From a virus (taxonomy: Duplodnaviria; Caudoviricetes): a stretch of 26,362 nucleotides of DNA. The notes beneath the pieces are model-generated. The model was not told where the DNA came from, ran no database searches, and saw nothing but the letters and a program-made list of their open reading frames with translations. Below are positions 8,079-16,131 of the stretch, piece by piece (the stretch's first letter is position 1; each line of letters opens with the position of its first letter). The position numbers and the translations under genes are program-made. Where the stretch lies: the IMG/VR virus record IMGVR_UViG_3300020183_003544, positions 1 to 26,362 of that record; one strand, 5' to 3'.

Positions 8079-9545
8079 ATGCACACTGATTTGACAGCAC
8101 AACAGAAAGACTACGCAGTATTTTTGCCTGCTCTGAGCAGTTTTTATGCCAGTGAATTAGGCAAAGCACTGATGGTAAAAGATTATATTGCTGCCAAACG
8201 TATGCCACAACAATTCAATCACGGGGTAGCAGGTATGAATTATCTTAGTCCCAACAACACTTATTTCTATTACAAGTGGCATTTGTATTCAGCAGGACAT
8301 GCTGACCTAAATATGAATAAGCCATCTGTGCGTGATGAAATAATCAGAAATAGAAATCGCTCTCACAATTTTGTATTGGGCGACTCTGGCGGATTTCAGA
8401 TAGGCAAAGGTGTATGGGAAGGTAATTGGAAAGATGTTAACTGTGTCAAAGCGAAGAAAAAACGAGAGCAAGTGCTTGCATGGATGGATGCTAACATGGA
8501 CTACGGAATGATATTGGATATTCCTGCTTGGGTATCGCGTTCTCCAGAAGGAGCCAAAGCCAGCAATATCAATTCTTATCAGGAAGCTGTGGATGGCACA
8601 AGAATTAACAATGATTATTTTATGAAACATAGAACAGGCAGTTGTAAATTTCTAAACGTATTACAGGGTGAAAACTTCCAGCAGGCAGATGATTGGTATG
8701 ATCAAATGAAAGACTACTGCGATCCAAAAAAATATCCTACAACACATTTTAATGGATGGGCAATGGGAGGACAAAATATGTGTGATGTGCATCTTGTGCT
8801 GAAAAGACTGGTGGCTTTGAGATTTGATGGACTGTTGGAAAAAGGAGTGCATGATTGGATGCATTTTTTAGGCACCAGCAAACTGGAGTGGGCAGTGTTG
8901 TTGACAGACATACAAAGAGCTGTGAGAAAATATCACAATGAAAATTTTACCATATCTTTTGATTGTGCTTCACCTTTTCTAGCCACAGCAAATGGGCAAC
9001 TGTACATAGAAACAGACATCAAAGATAGAGACAAATGGAGTTATAGAATGGCTCCCAGCATTGATGATAAAAAATATGCCACAGACACACGCAAATTTAG
9101 AGACGCTGTGCTGCAGGAAAAAATATTTGATAATTTTGAAGACAGTCCAATCAGTGAAAGATTAACCCTGAAGGACATCACTTGTTATGCGCCAGGTGAT
9201 AAGAACAAAATGGGCAAGGAAGGCAGAACATCTTGGGATAGTTTCAGTTATGCTTTGCAGATGGCTCACAATGTTTGGACACACATTTTTGCTGTGCAGG
9301 AGGCAAATAGAAAATATGATCAAGGACTGAAGCCTGCTATGTTGGTAGAAGAAAAGTTTGACAAAACTGAATTCAAACACATTGTTGAAGCAGTATTTTC
9401 CACTGACAGTAGAGACACTGCTGAAGCAGTGATTGAAGAATACAGTAGATTCTGGATGAGCATAATTGGCACTAGAGGAGCCACTGGTAAAAAAACGGTG
9501 AATGCCAGCACACAATTTTCTAACTTGTTTGAGGAGGTACAATGA
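8079..9545 (+). CDS. dpdA: TGT-fold base-exchange transglycosylase, DpdA-like (likely inserts a 7-deazaguanine into DNA)
   Basis: DSGGFQ, MILDIP, LNVLQG, GWAMGG, HFLG and SFDCASP are TGT-barrel motifs. No CxCxxC zinc site of tRNA TGTs. Clustered with folE and queE. Confidence 0.75.
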   Translation: MHTDLTAQQKDYAVFLPALSSFYASELGKALMVKDYIAAKRMPQQFNHGVAGMNYLSPNNTYFYYKWHLYSAGHADLNMNKPSVRDEIIRNRNRSHNFVLGDSGGFQIGKGVWEGNWKDVNCVKAKKKREQVLAWMDANMDYGMILDIPAWVSRSPEGAKASNINSYQEAVDGTRINNDYFMKHRTGSCKFLNVLQGENFQQADDWYDQMKDYCDPKKYPTTHFNGWAMGGQNMCDVHLVLKRLVALRFDGLLEKGVHDWMHFLGTSKLEWAVLLTDIQRAVRKYHNENFTISFDCASPFLATANGQLYIETDIKDRDKWSYRMAPSIDDKKYATDTRKFRDAVLQEKIFDNFEDSPISERLTLKDITCYAPGDKNKMGKEGRTSWDSFSYALQMAHNVWTHIFAVQEANRKYDQGLKPAMLVEEKFDKTEFKHIVEAVFSTDSRDTAEAVIEEYSRFWMSIIGTRGATGKKTVNASTQFSNLFEEVQ

Positions 9546-9736
9546 GTAAAAAAAATAAAAGTCTAAAAAAATTAGAAAGAGAATTTGATTATTATCATAG
9601 AAAGACAGCGGAGATGGAACAGGAACGTGACTATGATAGAAGTTGGGAAAGCAAGGTATTGTTGAAAAATTACAAAAAGATTAAACTGGCGCTTAAAACA
9701 CAGATAGAAGAATATAAAAAACAATTGGATATATGA
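9542..9736 (+). CDS. Small charged coiled-coil protein (64 aa)
   Basis: ATGA overlaps at both ends. GAGGAGG RBS. Helical-hairpin pattern. Confidence 0.7.
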   Translation: MSKKNKSLKKLEREFDYYHRKTAEMEQERDYDRSWESKVLLKNYKKIKLALKTQIEEYKKQLDI

Positions 9737-10617
9737 AAACATTAGTAATTGGTTTAGGCATAGGAAGGTTGTATGAAAAGGCACTGACCAAACTGGGTCA
9801 CAAAGTGTTCACAATGGATCCAGATCAGAGCAAACAGGCCACGTTCACCAGTCTTTCCACTGCGGTGTATGCACATCCTAAATTGGATGCTGTTTTTATC
9901 TGCACTCCAAACAGCACACACGACAGCATAGCACAACTGATGGCAAAACACAGCAGGATTGTGTTTGTGGAAAAACCAGGGGTGATGAACAGCCAGCGCT
10001 GGAAAGGTTTGAAAGCTGGTTATCCTAATGTGAGATTTATGATGTGTAAAAATAACATGTGGAGGAGCTACAATGAAGAATTTAGATTGCGCACACAGGC
10101 AGCTGATTTGATCAAGATCAATTGGATCAATGAAAACAGAGTGCCTTCTCCTGGTGGATGGTTCACAAATAAGAAATTAGCTTTTGGTGGAGTCAGCAAG
10201 GACTTGATGCCGCATCTCTTGAGCATATTCATTGGTTTGAATCCAAACACATATGAAGATTTTACTGTGACCAAAAATACAAAAACACAAAGGTGGCAAT
10301 TGCAAGATGTTTTAAACACGCAATATGGCACTGTGAATCAAGAGGGTGTGTATGATGTGGATGATTTTGCTGAAATTACTTTGACTGATGGCAACAAAAC
10401 TTATGAACTCACAGCAGATTGGCGCAGCAAACAAATCACAGACATTGGCATACATTGTTATCAAAGAGGAGAGCGAGTGAAAAGTTTTGATCTCGGACTT
10501 TGTCCAGAAGCAGCATATGAACAAATGATTAAAGATGTGTTCACACAGGTGGACAATGAAGACTTTTGGCAAAAACAGTTTAATTATGATGTGTGGATAC
10601 ATGAAAGGACTGCATGA
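9733..10617 (+). CDS. Gfo/Idh/MocA-family NAD(P)-dependent oxidoreductase
   Basis: VIGLGIG, ICTPNSTH, VFVEKP and GGVSKDLMPH (DxxxH). Confidence 0.88.
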   Translation: MKTLVIGLGIGRLYEKALTKLGHKVFTMDPDQSKQATFTSLSTAVYAHPKLDAVFICTPNSTHDSIAQLMAKHSRIVFVEKPGVMNSQRWKGLKAGYPNVRFMMCKNNMWRSYNEEFRLRTQAADLIKINWINENRVPSPGGWFTNKKLAFGGVSKDLMPHLLSIFIGLNPNTYEDFTVTKNTKTQRWQLQDVLNTQYGTVNQEGVYDVDDFAEITLTDGNKTYELTADWRSKQITDIGIHCYQRGERVKSFDLGLCPEAAYEQMIKDVFTQVDNEDFWQKQFNYDVWIHERTA

Positions 10618-11525
10618 TGAAAACTAAAATTTTATGCACATATGGTGATGGAAAATTTCATGAAACCATGATAGAAATACCTCCCATAGAAAGTACAGAA
10701 ATACAAGTACAAAACATTATGACTGGTATCTGTAGAAGTGATATTGATATGATGTTGGGCAATTTTAAACTGTTGCCATTGCACATGCAAGGTCATGAAG
10801 GATTGGCACAAGTCACAGCAATAGGTGACAAAGTCACAGACATATCTGTGGGAGACGTTGTGGCAACTAGAGGTGAACCTGCATATGCTGATGTTTACAA
10901 TTGCAAACACAACACATACGTGAAAGTGCCTGCAGCTGATCCTAAATATATTGTGGAACCTGTGGCATGTGCAATCAATTGTGTGAAACAATTTGAAACT
11001 CAGATAAGACACAAACTGCACAACAAGGTGAAATGTTTGATCATAGGCAGTGGGTTTCTGGCATCTGTGCTGTACAAGTATATGAAACATAAAAATTTAC
11101 AGTCAGACATCACTGTGTTGGGCAACAGTAATCAAGAATTCTGGGGAGAAAAACTCACACAAAAATTAGAAGGTCGTTTTGATCTAGTGTTTGATCTCAA
11201 CACACGCAATGAAATGTTTGAGGGAGATCATTTCAATGCAGAAGCGTTCTATGTTGTGGCTGCTGAAAAAGAACATGCAATCAACAGCAAATTAGGCAAT
11301 CTTTTGTGGCATGCTGTCACTGTGGGTTTTCCTAGTCCAAGAAATAAAAAATTTATAGAGTGCATGCGTGAAGCAGTAATGTTGATTGAAACAGGAGTAA
11401 TTGATGTGGCACAGTTTTGGAGTAAAGGCTATAACAGGCACAAAGAATGGCAGAAGGCGTTTGCTGACAGTGTACAGAGACGTCCAGGATTCAACAGAGC
11501 TTATATAGATTGGAGACAACAATGA
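10614..11525 (+). CDS. Zinc-dependent medium-chain (polyol/sugar) dehydrogenase
   Basis: GICRSD, GHEG, VGDVV, EPVAC and IIGSGFLA. Lacks the 4-Cys structural zinc loop. Confidence 0.85.
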   Translation: MMKTKILCTYGDGKFHETMIEIPPIESTEIQVQNIMTGICRSDIDMMLGNFKLLPLHMQGHEGLAQVTAIGDKVTDISVGDVVATRGEPAYADVYNCKHNTYVKVPAADPKYIVEPVACAINCVKQFETQIRHKLHNKVKCLIIGSGFLASVLYKYMKHKNLQSDITVLGNSNQEFWGEKLTQKLEGRFDLVFDLNTRNEMFEGDHFNAEAFYVVAAEKEHAINSKLGNLLWHAVTVGFPSPRNKKFIECMREAVMLIETGVIDVAQFWSKGYNRHKEWQKAFADSVQRRPGFNRAYIDWRQQ

Positions 11526-12043
11526 TTTTAAACACAGACAAAAGAAAAAAAATTAAATTTTTTGTGGGTAAAGAGATTGAAAATACACAAATGAAAGGCA
11601 AGATGACACTGTTTGTGGTGGGACTGCAATCAGTACCTGACATCATTAGATATGCCAATAGAACACATGTGGAACACATCTATTTGGGAACCAGTCAAAG
11701 TTTCAATCCAGAAAATGAATCGGACTGGCAAGATTGGAACAATCTCATACACAATCTACTGCACAGCGGACTCACAGTGACATTAGATTATGATGTAAAA
11801 TATGCACATGAAATCAGCAAAAAATCTTGGATCAAGCAGAATAATTTTATCAGTATGATTTCGGTAAAATTGCCCAACATTGAACTTTTGAAAAATTCAA
11901 CTATCAAACTGGATGATATCACTTGGGGAGCCACCAACACTGGAGTTTGGACACATAATTTGGCTGAACTGATGCAAAAAGAACAGTACACAGACTGGAG
12001 TGATTACAAAGGTGATTTTGAAGTCAAAGTTGACAATGAATGA
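11522..12043 (+). CDS. Hypothetical protein within the deazaguanine cluster (173 aa)
   Basis: ATGA-coupled to the MDR gene. Alpha/beta pattern (TLFVVG, HIYLGTSQSF, IKLDD, TNTGVW). Confidence 0.75.
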   Translation: MILNTDKRKKIKFFVGKEIENTQMKGKMTLFVVGLQSVPDIIRYANRTHVEHIYLGTSQSFNPENESDWQDWNNLIHNLLHSGLTVTLDYDVKYAHEISKKSWIKQNNFISMISVKLPNIELLKNSTIKLDDITWGATNTGVWTHNLAELMQKEQYTDWSDYKGDFEVKVDNE

Positions 12044-12058
12044 AAATATTGCTATAAT
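12030..12058 (+). promoter_or_regulatory. Consensus sigma70 promoter with extended -10
   Basis: TTGACA (12030-12035), 17 nt, TATAAT (12053-12058), with TG at 12050-12051. Confidence 0.88.
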
Positions 12059-12073
12059 AAAAGCCTTTAATTT

Positions 12074-12475
12074 ATGAACAAGAATGTGAAATCTAAAATA
12101 TGGGTGACTTTCCAAAAAGAAGGCATACACAAATATCCTGCTGCACTGACTGACCCCAAATTGGCCACGGGTGATGAATATGATGTGAGTTTTTTAGGAT
12201 ATCCTCACAGACACATGTTTCATTTTCGTGTGGCAATTGAAGTGTTTCACGATGACAGAGAAATAGAATTCATACAATTCAAACGTTGGCTGCTAAAACA
12301 TTATCAGGAAAAAATATTAAATTTAGATTATAAAAGTTGTGAAATGATGGCCACTGAACTGCACGCTAAAATCAGTGAACGATATCCCAATAGAGAAATC
12401 ATCATTGACGTGAGTGAAGATGGTGAAAATGGAGCCTGCATTACATTTGAAGCTGATGCAGTCACATTGAATTAG
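12074..12475 (+). CDS. dpdL: QueD-paralog T-fold protein, DpdL-like (putative CDG decarboxylase)
   Basis: EGIH...LGYPHRHMF keeps three metal-binding His but has Leu in place of the Cys of QueD CxxxHGH. SCEMMA and VSEDGENG match T-fold C-terminal elements. Confidence 0.6.
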   Translation: MNKNVKSKIWVTFQKEGIHKYPAALTDPKLATGDEYDVSFLGYPHRHMFHFRVAIEVFHDDREIEFIQFKRWLLKHYQEKILNLDYKSCEMMATELHAKISERYPNREIIIDVSEDGENGACITFEADAVTLN

Positions 12476-12483
12476 GAGCAAAT

Positions 12484-13533
12484 ATGACCATATATGTGGT
12501 TGATCTGGAAGAAGTAGAAACAAGATACACTAAACAGTGGAAAAAGCATCTGCCTCTGCAGTTGAAGAAACATTGTGGTAAGACTGTGCAGGTGATCAGT
12601 GGAGGTGACAGTGTGAAATCAGCTTCACCAGGTGCTTTTTTGAATTTTGGATACACCAACGTGTACAAAGCCAAACAGATACAAAAGATAGCTGAACTGT
12701 TTAGCCGTAATGAAATCAAGTCTGGTGACTATTTCCTATACACTGATGCATGGAATCCCACAGTACTGCAATTGAAATACATGGCAGAGCTGCTGAATAT
12801 CAAGATCAAAATAGGGGGCATGTGGCATGCAGGTTCTTATGATCCTCAAGATTTCTTAGGTAGATTGATAGGCGACAAGCCTTGGGTAAGACAGTCTGAG
12901 ATAGCCATGTTCAATGCGTTTGATCATAATTTTTTTGCTACTGAGTTTCACATAGAGCTCTTTTTACAGAGTTTTCCTCAGGCAGAAAAAAATAAAATGT
13001 ACAGAGTGGGCTGGCCTATGGAATATCTAGATGATGATCTTACCACATACAAGAATATTACCAAAGAAAACATCATATTGTTTCCACACAGACTGGCTCC
13101 AGAAAAACAGCATGACATTTTTATGGATCTTAGCAAAGAGTTACCCAAATACAGTTTTATCACATGTCTTGATGTGTGTCAAAACAAAAATGATTATCAT
13201 AATTTACTGGCAAAAGCAAAAATAATATTCAGTGCTAATCTCCAAGAAACGTTAGGCATCAGTTGGTATGAAGGTTGTGTGTTGGGAGTGATTCCTATGA
13301 TACCAAATAGATTGAGCTACAAAGAAATGGCTTTGAGCAACTTCAAATATCCCAGCGAATGGACATTGACCAAAGAAGGTTATTTCAAACACAAAGAATT
13401 GATCAAATCAGTCATAGTGGACTATATTGAAAATTACAAAAAACATGCGCCCATGATATGGAAGCAGAAATTAGAATTAGAACATAAATTTTTCAGTGGC
13501 ACACTGTTGTACAAGGTGATTCAAAATGTCTGA
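12484..13533 (+). CDS. GT-B fold glycosyltransferase (GT4-like)
   Basis: FPHRLAPEKQ and ANLQETLGISWYEG (E-x7-E nucleotide-sugar binding). AGGAG RBS. Confidence 0.82.
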   Translation: MTIYVVDLEEVETRYTKQWKKHLPLQLKKHCGKTVQVISGGDSVKSASPGAFLNFGYTNVYKAKQIQKIAELFSRNEIKSGDYFLYTDAWNPTVLQLKYMAELLNIKIKIGGMWHAGSYDPQDFLGRLIGDKPWVRQSEIAMFNAFDHNFFATEFHIELFLQSFPQAEKNKMYRVGWPMEYLDDDLTTYKNITKENIILFPHRLAPEKQHDIFMDLSKELPKYSFITCLDVCQNKNDYHNLLAKAKIIFSANLQETLGISWYEGCVLGVIPMIPNRLSYKEMALSNFKYPSEWTLTKEGYFKHKELIKSVIVDYIENYKKHAPMIWKQKLELEHKFFSGTLLYKVIQNV

Positions 13534-13873
13534 TGAGTCCCAAACTTTTACTGCACCACTGGATATAAACGTAGGCACTACCACTTGGAGTGCAAATGTG
13601 TCTGGATTAGGCACAAGCAGCATCACAGTGCCCTACACCAATCAAGTGAACCTGTCCGGCGGCACAATTGATTTCGAAGCAGACGCTATGAAGGGCGTGC
13701 ATTTTGCAGATTATCAATTGCCTCAATTGTGGGTGGACATACTGCCTAGTGTACACAAGATCAAAGAAATGTGCGAACTGTATCCGAGCTTTGAAAAAGT
13801 TTTTGAAAAGTTTAAAACACTTTATGAAATATGTGTAGATGACTATGAATCCAGAAACAAAAATAATCAATAA
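13526..13873 (+). CDS. Hypothetical protein (115 aa)
   Basis: Overlaps both neighbours. Ser/Thr-rich N-terminus and helical C-terminus. Confidence 0.7.
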   Translation: MSDESQTFTAPLDINVGTTTWSANVSGLGTSSITVPYTNQVNLSGGTIDFEADAMKGVHFADYQLPQLWVDILPSVHKIKEMCELYPSFEKVFEKFKTLYEICVDDYESRNKNNQ

Positions 13874-14312
13874 GAACTACTTCACTCACATACAGATGCG
13901 CCAAGCACTGGAGAACATTATGCAACAGATTTCTCAAAGTGATCAAATGCCACAAATAGTTTTGGGCATCAATCGAGGTGGCTGCATACCAGGCATTTAC
14001 CTTTCACACAGACTTAATGTGCCACACGTGACATTGAATGTAGCTCTTAGGGATCACAACATTAAACCTGATCTTTCAGCGCTGGAAAAAGCATATGCTT
14101 GGCAGAAAAAAATATTAGTTGTTGATGATATCAATGACACAGGATCGACTTTTAACTACATTTTAGAAAATTTTGGCAAACCTGACCGTCTGAAGTTTGG
14201 TGTTTTGCTGCATAATATACACAGTGAATGTCAACAATTGGATTACAAAGGTTACGACATAGACAAGGTCAAAGATCCGCGCTGGATAGTGTTTCCTTGG
14301 GAGCAATGGTGA
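13839..14312 (+). CDS. Type I phosphoribosyltransferase (xanthine/guanine PRT, Gpt-like)
   Basis: LGINRGG, PRPP-binding ILVVDDINDTGST and C-terminal WIVFPWE. Start is 13839 or 13845. Confidence 0.87.
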   Translation: MTMNPETKIINKNYFTHIQMRQALENIMQQISQSDQMPQIVLGINRGGCIPGIYLSHRLNVPHVTLNVALRDHNIKPDLSALEKAYAWQKKILVVDDINDTGSTFNYILENFGKPDRLKFGVLLHNIHSECQQLDYKGYDIDKVKDPRWIVFPWEQW

Positions 14313-14692
14313 TGAAAGAAGACACTTTGCAAAAAGCTCAGCAGGAGGGCAGAGCACCATGGTCCAAAATACTGTTTGAGTTGAAAGACTGTGTGTGGTT
14401 TGAAGATGGTTATCCGGTGACCCCGGGGCATTCATTGATAGTGCCCAGAGTGGTAAATCAAAAAAATCTAATGAAATGTTTTGATTTGGCACTGAAGGTG
14501 GCCAATGAAAACATACAGAAAGGCACCTGCGATGGCTATAATATTGGCATAAACATGGGCACAGCAGCAGGGCAGACATGCATGTATCCGCATGTGCATC
14601 TGATTCCACGACGCAAAGGAGATTGTGAAAATCCCAAAGGCGGAGTGAGACATGTGATACCCGGCAAAGGAGATTACACTGCACATGAGTAG
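14312..14692 (+). CDS. HIT-family nucleotide hydrolase
   Basis: DGYPVTPGHSLIVP, GYNIGIN.G.AAGQT and YPHVHLIPRR. TGATG-coupled start with GGGAG RBS. Confidence 0.88.
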   Translation: MKEDTLQKAQQEGRAPWSKILFELKDCVWFEDGYPVTPGHSLIVPRVVNQKNLMKCFDLALKVANENIQKGTCDGYNIGINMGTAAGQTCMYPHVHLIPRRKGDCENPKGGVRHVIPGKGDYTAHE

Positions 14693-15542
14693 AAGTTTGT
14701 TCATAGGTGACAGTCATGTGTGTGGGTATGTGACCAAACCCAATCAAGTGGGCCCGGGCAGTTATGATTTATGGCAGGACAACAACTATGCTGAATTATA
14801 CAGCATAGAAAACAACAATCGTCCTACAGTGGTGTATGCAATGCCAGGCACCACCAACAGTGCCTACACAGATTGGATCTATGCCATGTTGAAAAAATAC
14901 AATGATATAGATGAAATTTTTGTGTTGATGAGTGCTTTCAATAGATTTATGTTGGCTTTTGATGGCAGTTTGTCTACGGATTCCATACCAGTAGATTATT
15001 TCACCAAGCAATTATTTTTTACATCTTCTGGCACATGGAGACACGCTGGCAAACACAATGTAGATATCTACGTGGATCTCACCACTAAAGGTGATAAATT
15101 TCAATTGTTCAACAAGCCCACACAGGATGACTATAAAAATTTTGTAGGCATCAGCTACACAGATGAAAAAGGATTGATGATTCCGGACCTGCGCAAACAC
15201 ACATATATGCAGGTAAAAATGTTTTTTGAAATGAACACACATTTGGAACAGAGAGAATTTTACAAAAACATATACATTTGGAACAGTCTGTGTGAAAAAA
15301 GAAATATCAAATGCTATCTTTTCAACATGAGAGAAAGGCAAAAATTACCTAACAATTACAACTACTATGGTGAACTGAACCACACTGTTATATCTTCTAT
15401 GTCCATAGAAGAGTATTTCAAATCAGAAAATATTGATCACAACAAGTATTTTATTAGTGATCAAGAACATTACAACAAAGAATATCACCAGTTGATTGCA
15501 ACTAAATTTATACCATGGCTAAAAAATCAAAAATCCTCATAG
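14685..15542 (+). CDS. SGNH/GDSL-like hydrolase or acyltransferase (285 aa)
   Basis: N-terminal FIGDSH and C-terminal DQEH (DxxH). Confidence 0.65.
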   Translation: MSRSLFIGDSHVCGYVTKPNQVGPGSYDLWQDNNYAELYSIENNNRPTVVYAMPGTTNSAYTDWIYAMLKKYNDIDEIFVLMSAFNRFMLAFDGSLSTDSIPVDYFTKQLFFTSSGTWRHAGKHNVDIYVDLTTKGDKFQLFNKPTQDDYKNFVGISYTDEKGLMIPDLRKHTYMQVKMFFEMNTHLEQREFYKNIYIWNSLCEKRNIKCYLFNMRERQKLPNNYNYYGELNHTVISSMSIEEYFKSENIDHNKYFISDQEHYNKEYHQLIATKFIPWLKNQKSS

Positions 15543-16108
15543 CAGGCGATAGTTTTGCCTGCGATTGGCCCAACAGCAATGTTGGTTGGCCCACTCTGTT
15601 GAAAGAAAAATTTGAAGTGACCAACGTGGCACAAGCAGGCGTGGGAGAATATAAAATATTGCAACAGATTAGACAGCAGGATATGTCATTGTACAATGCC
15701 GTAATTGTGTGTCACACCAGTGTGAGCAGAGTACACACCAGACATCATCCCATACACACCACAGGACTGCACAAAGACTGTGATCTCATCTACACAGACA
15801 TTGCAGCCAAAAGTGATTGGTTCAATCCCGCACTGAAAGCTGCCAAAAATTGGTTCAAGCATCACTATGATGACCAGTATCAAAAACACATCTACAGCCT
15901 GTTGAGACAGGAGATCAATCGTTTGATCACTGTGCCTTATTTGGCTGTGGATCATTTTGTTGATGCTGCATTTTGGTCTATAGAGAAACACAAGATGGAA
16001 TGTTTTGCACTGTGGCCTAAATACAGAGGTGATGTGAATCATTACACAGAGGAGGGTAACCAAAAACTACTGTTGGAAATAATTGACAAACTGGAGCATA
16101 TCTGTTAA
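15515..16108 (+). CDS. SGNH/GDSL-like hydrolase or acyltransferase (197 aa)
   Basis: IAGDSF, NVAQAG (block II) and C-terminal DVNH (DxxH). Confidence 0.7.
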   Translation: MAKKSKILIAGDSFACDWPNSNVGWPTLLKEKFEVTNVAQAGVGEYKILQQIRQQDMSLYNAVIVCHTSVSRVHTRHHPIHTTGLHKDCDLIYTDIAAKSDWFNPALKAAKNWFKHHYDDQYQKHIYSLLRQEINRLITVPYLAVDHFVDAAFWSIEKHKMECFALWPKYRGDVNHYTEEGNQKLLLEIIDKLEHIC

Positions 16109-16111
16109 AAT
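16083..16111 (+). promoter_or_regulatory. Sigma70-type promoter upstream of folE
   Basis: TTGACA (16083-16088), 17 nt, TAAAAT (16106-16111), with extended TG at 16103-16104. Confidence 0.8.
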
Positions 16112-16131
16112 AACAGGGTATAAACATTACT

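Noticed and set aside
8079-9545. Canonical bacterial tRNA-guanine transglycosylase (tgt)
   Set aside because: It lacks the CxCxxC zinc site and the N-terminal TPxFMPVGT motif, and sits in a replication context. tRNA activity is not formally excluded.
12059-12073. preQ1 riboswitch ahead of the deazaguanine genes (also checked 16112-16131)
   Set aside because: The leaders after the promoters are only about 10-15 nt, with no stem or pseudoknot.
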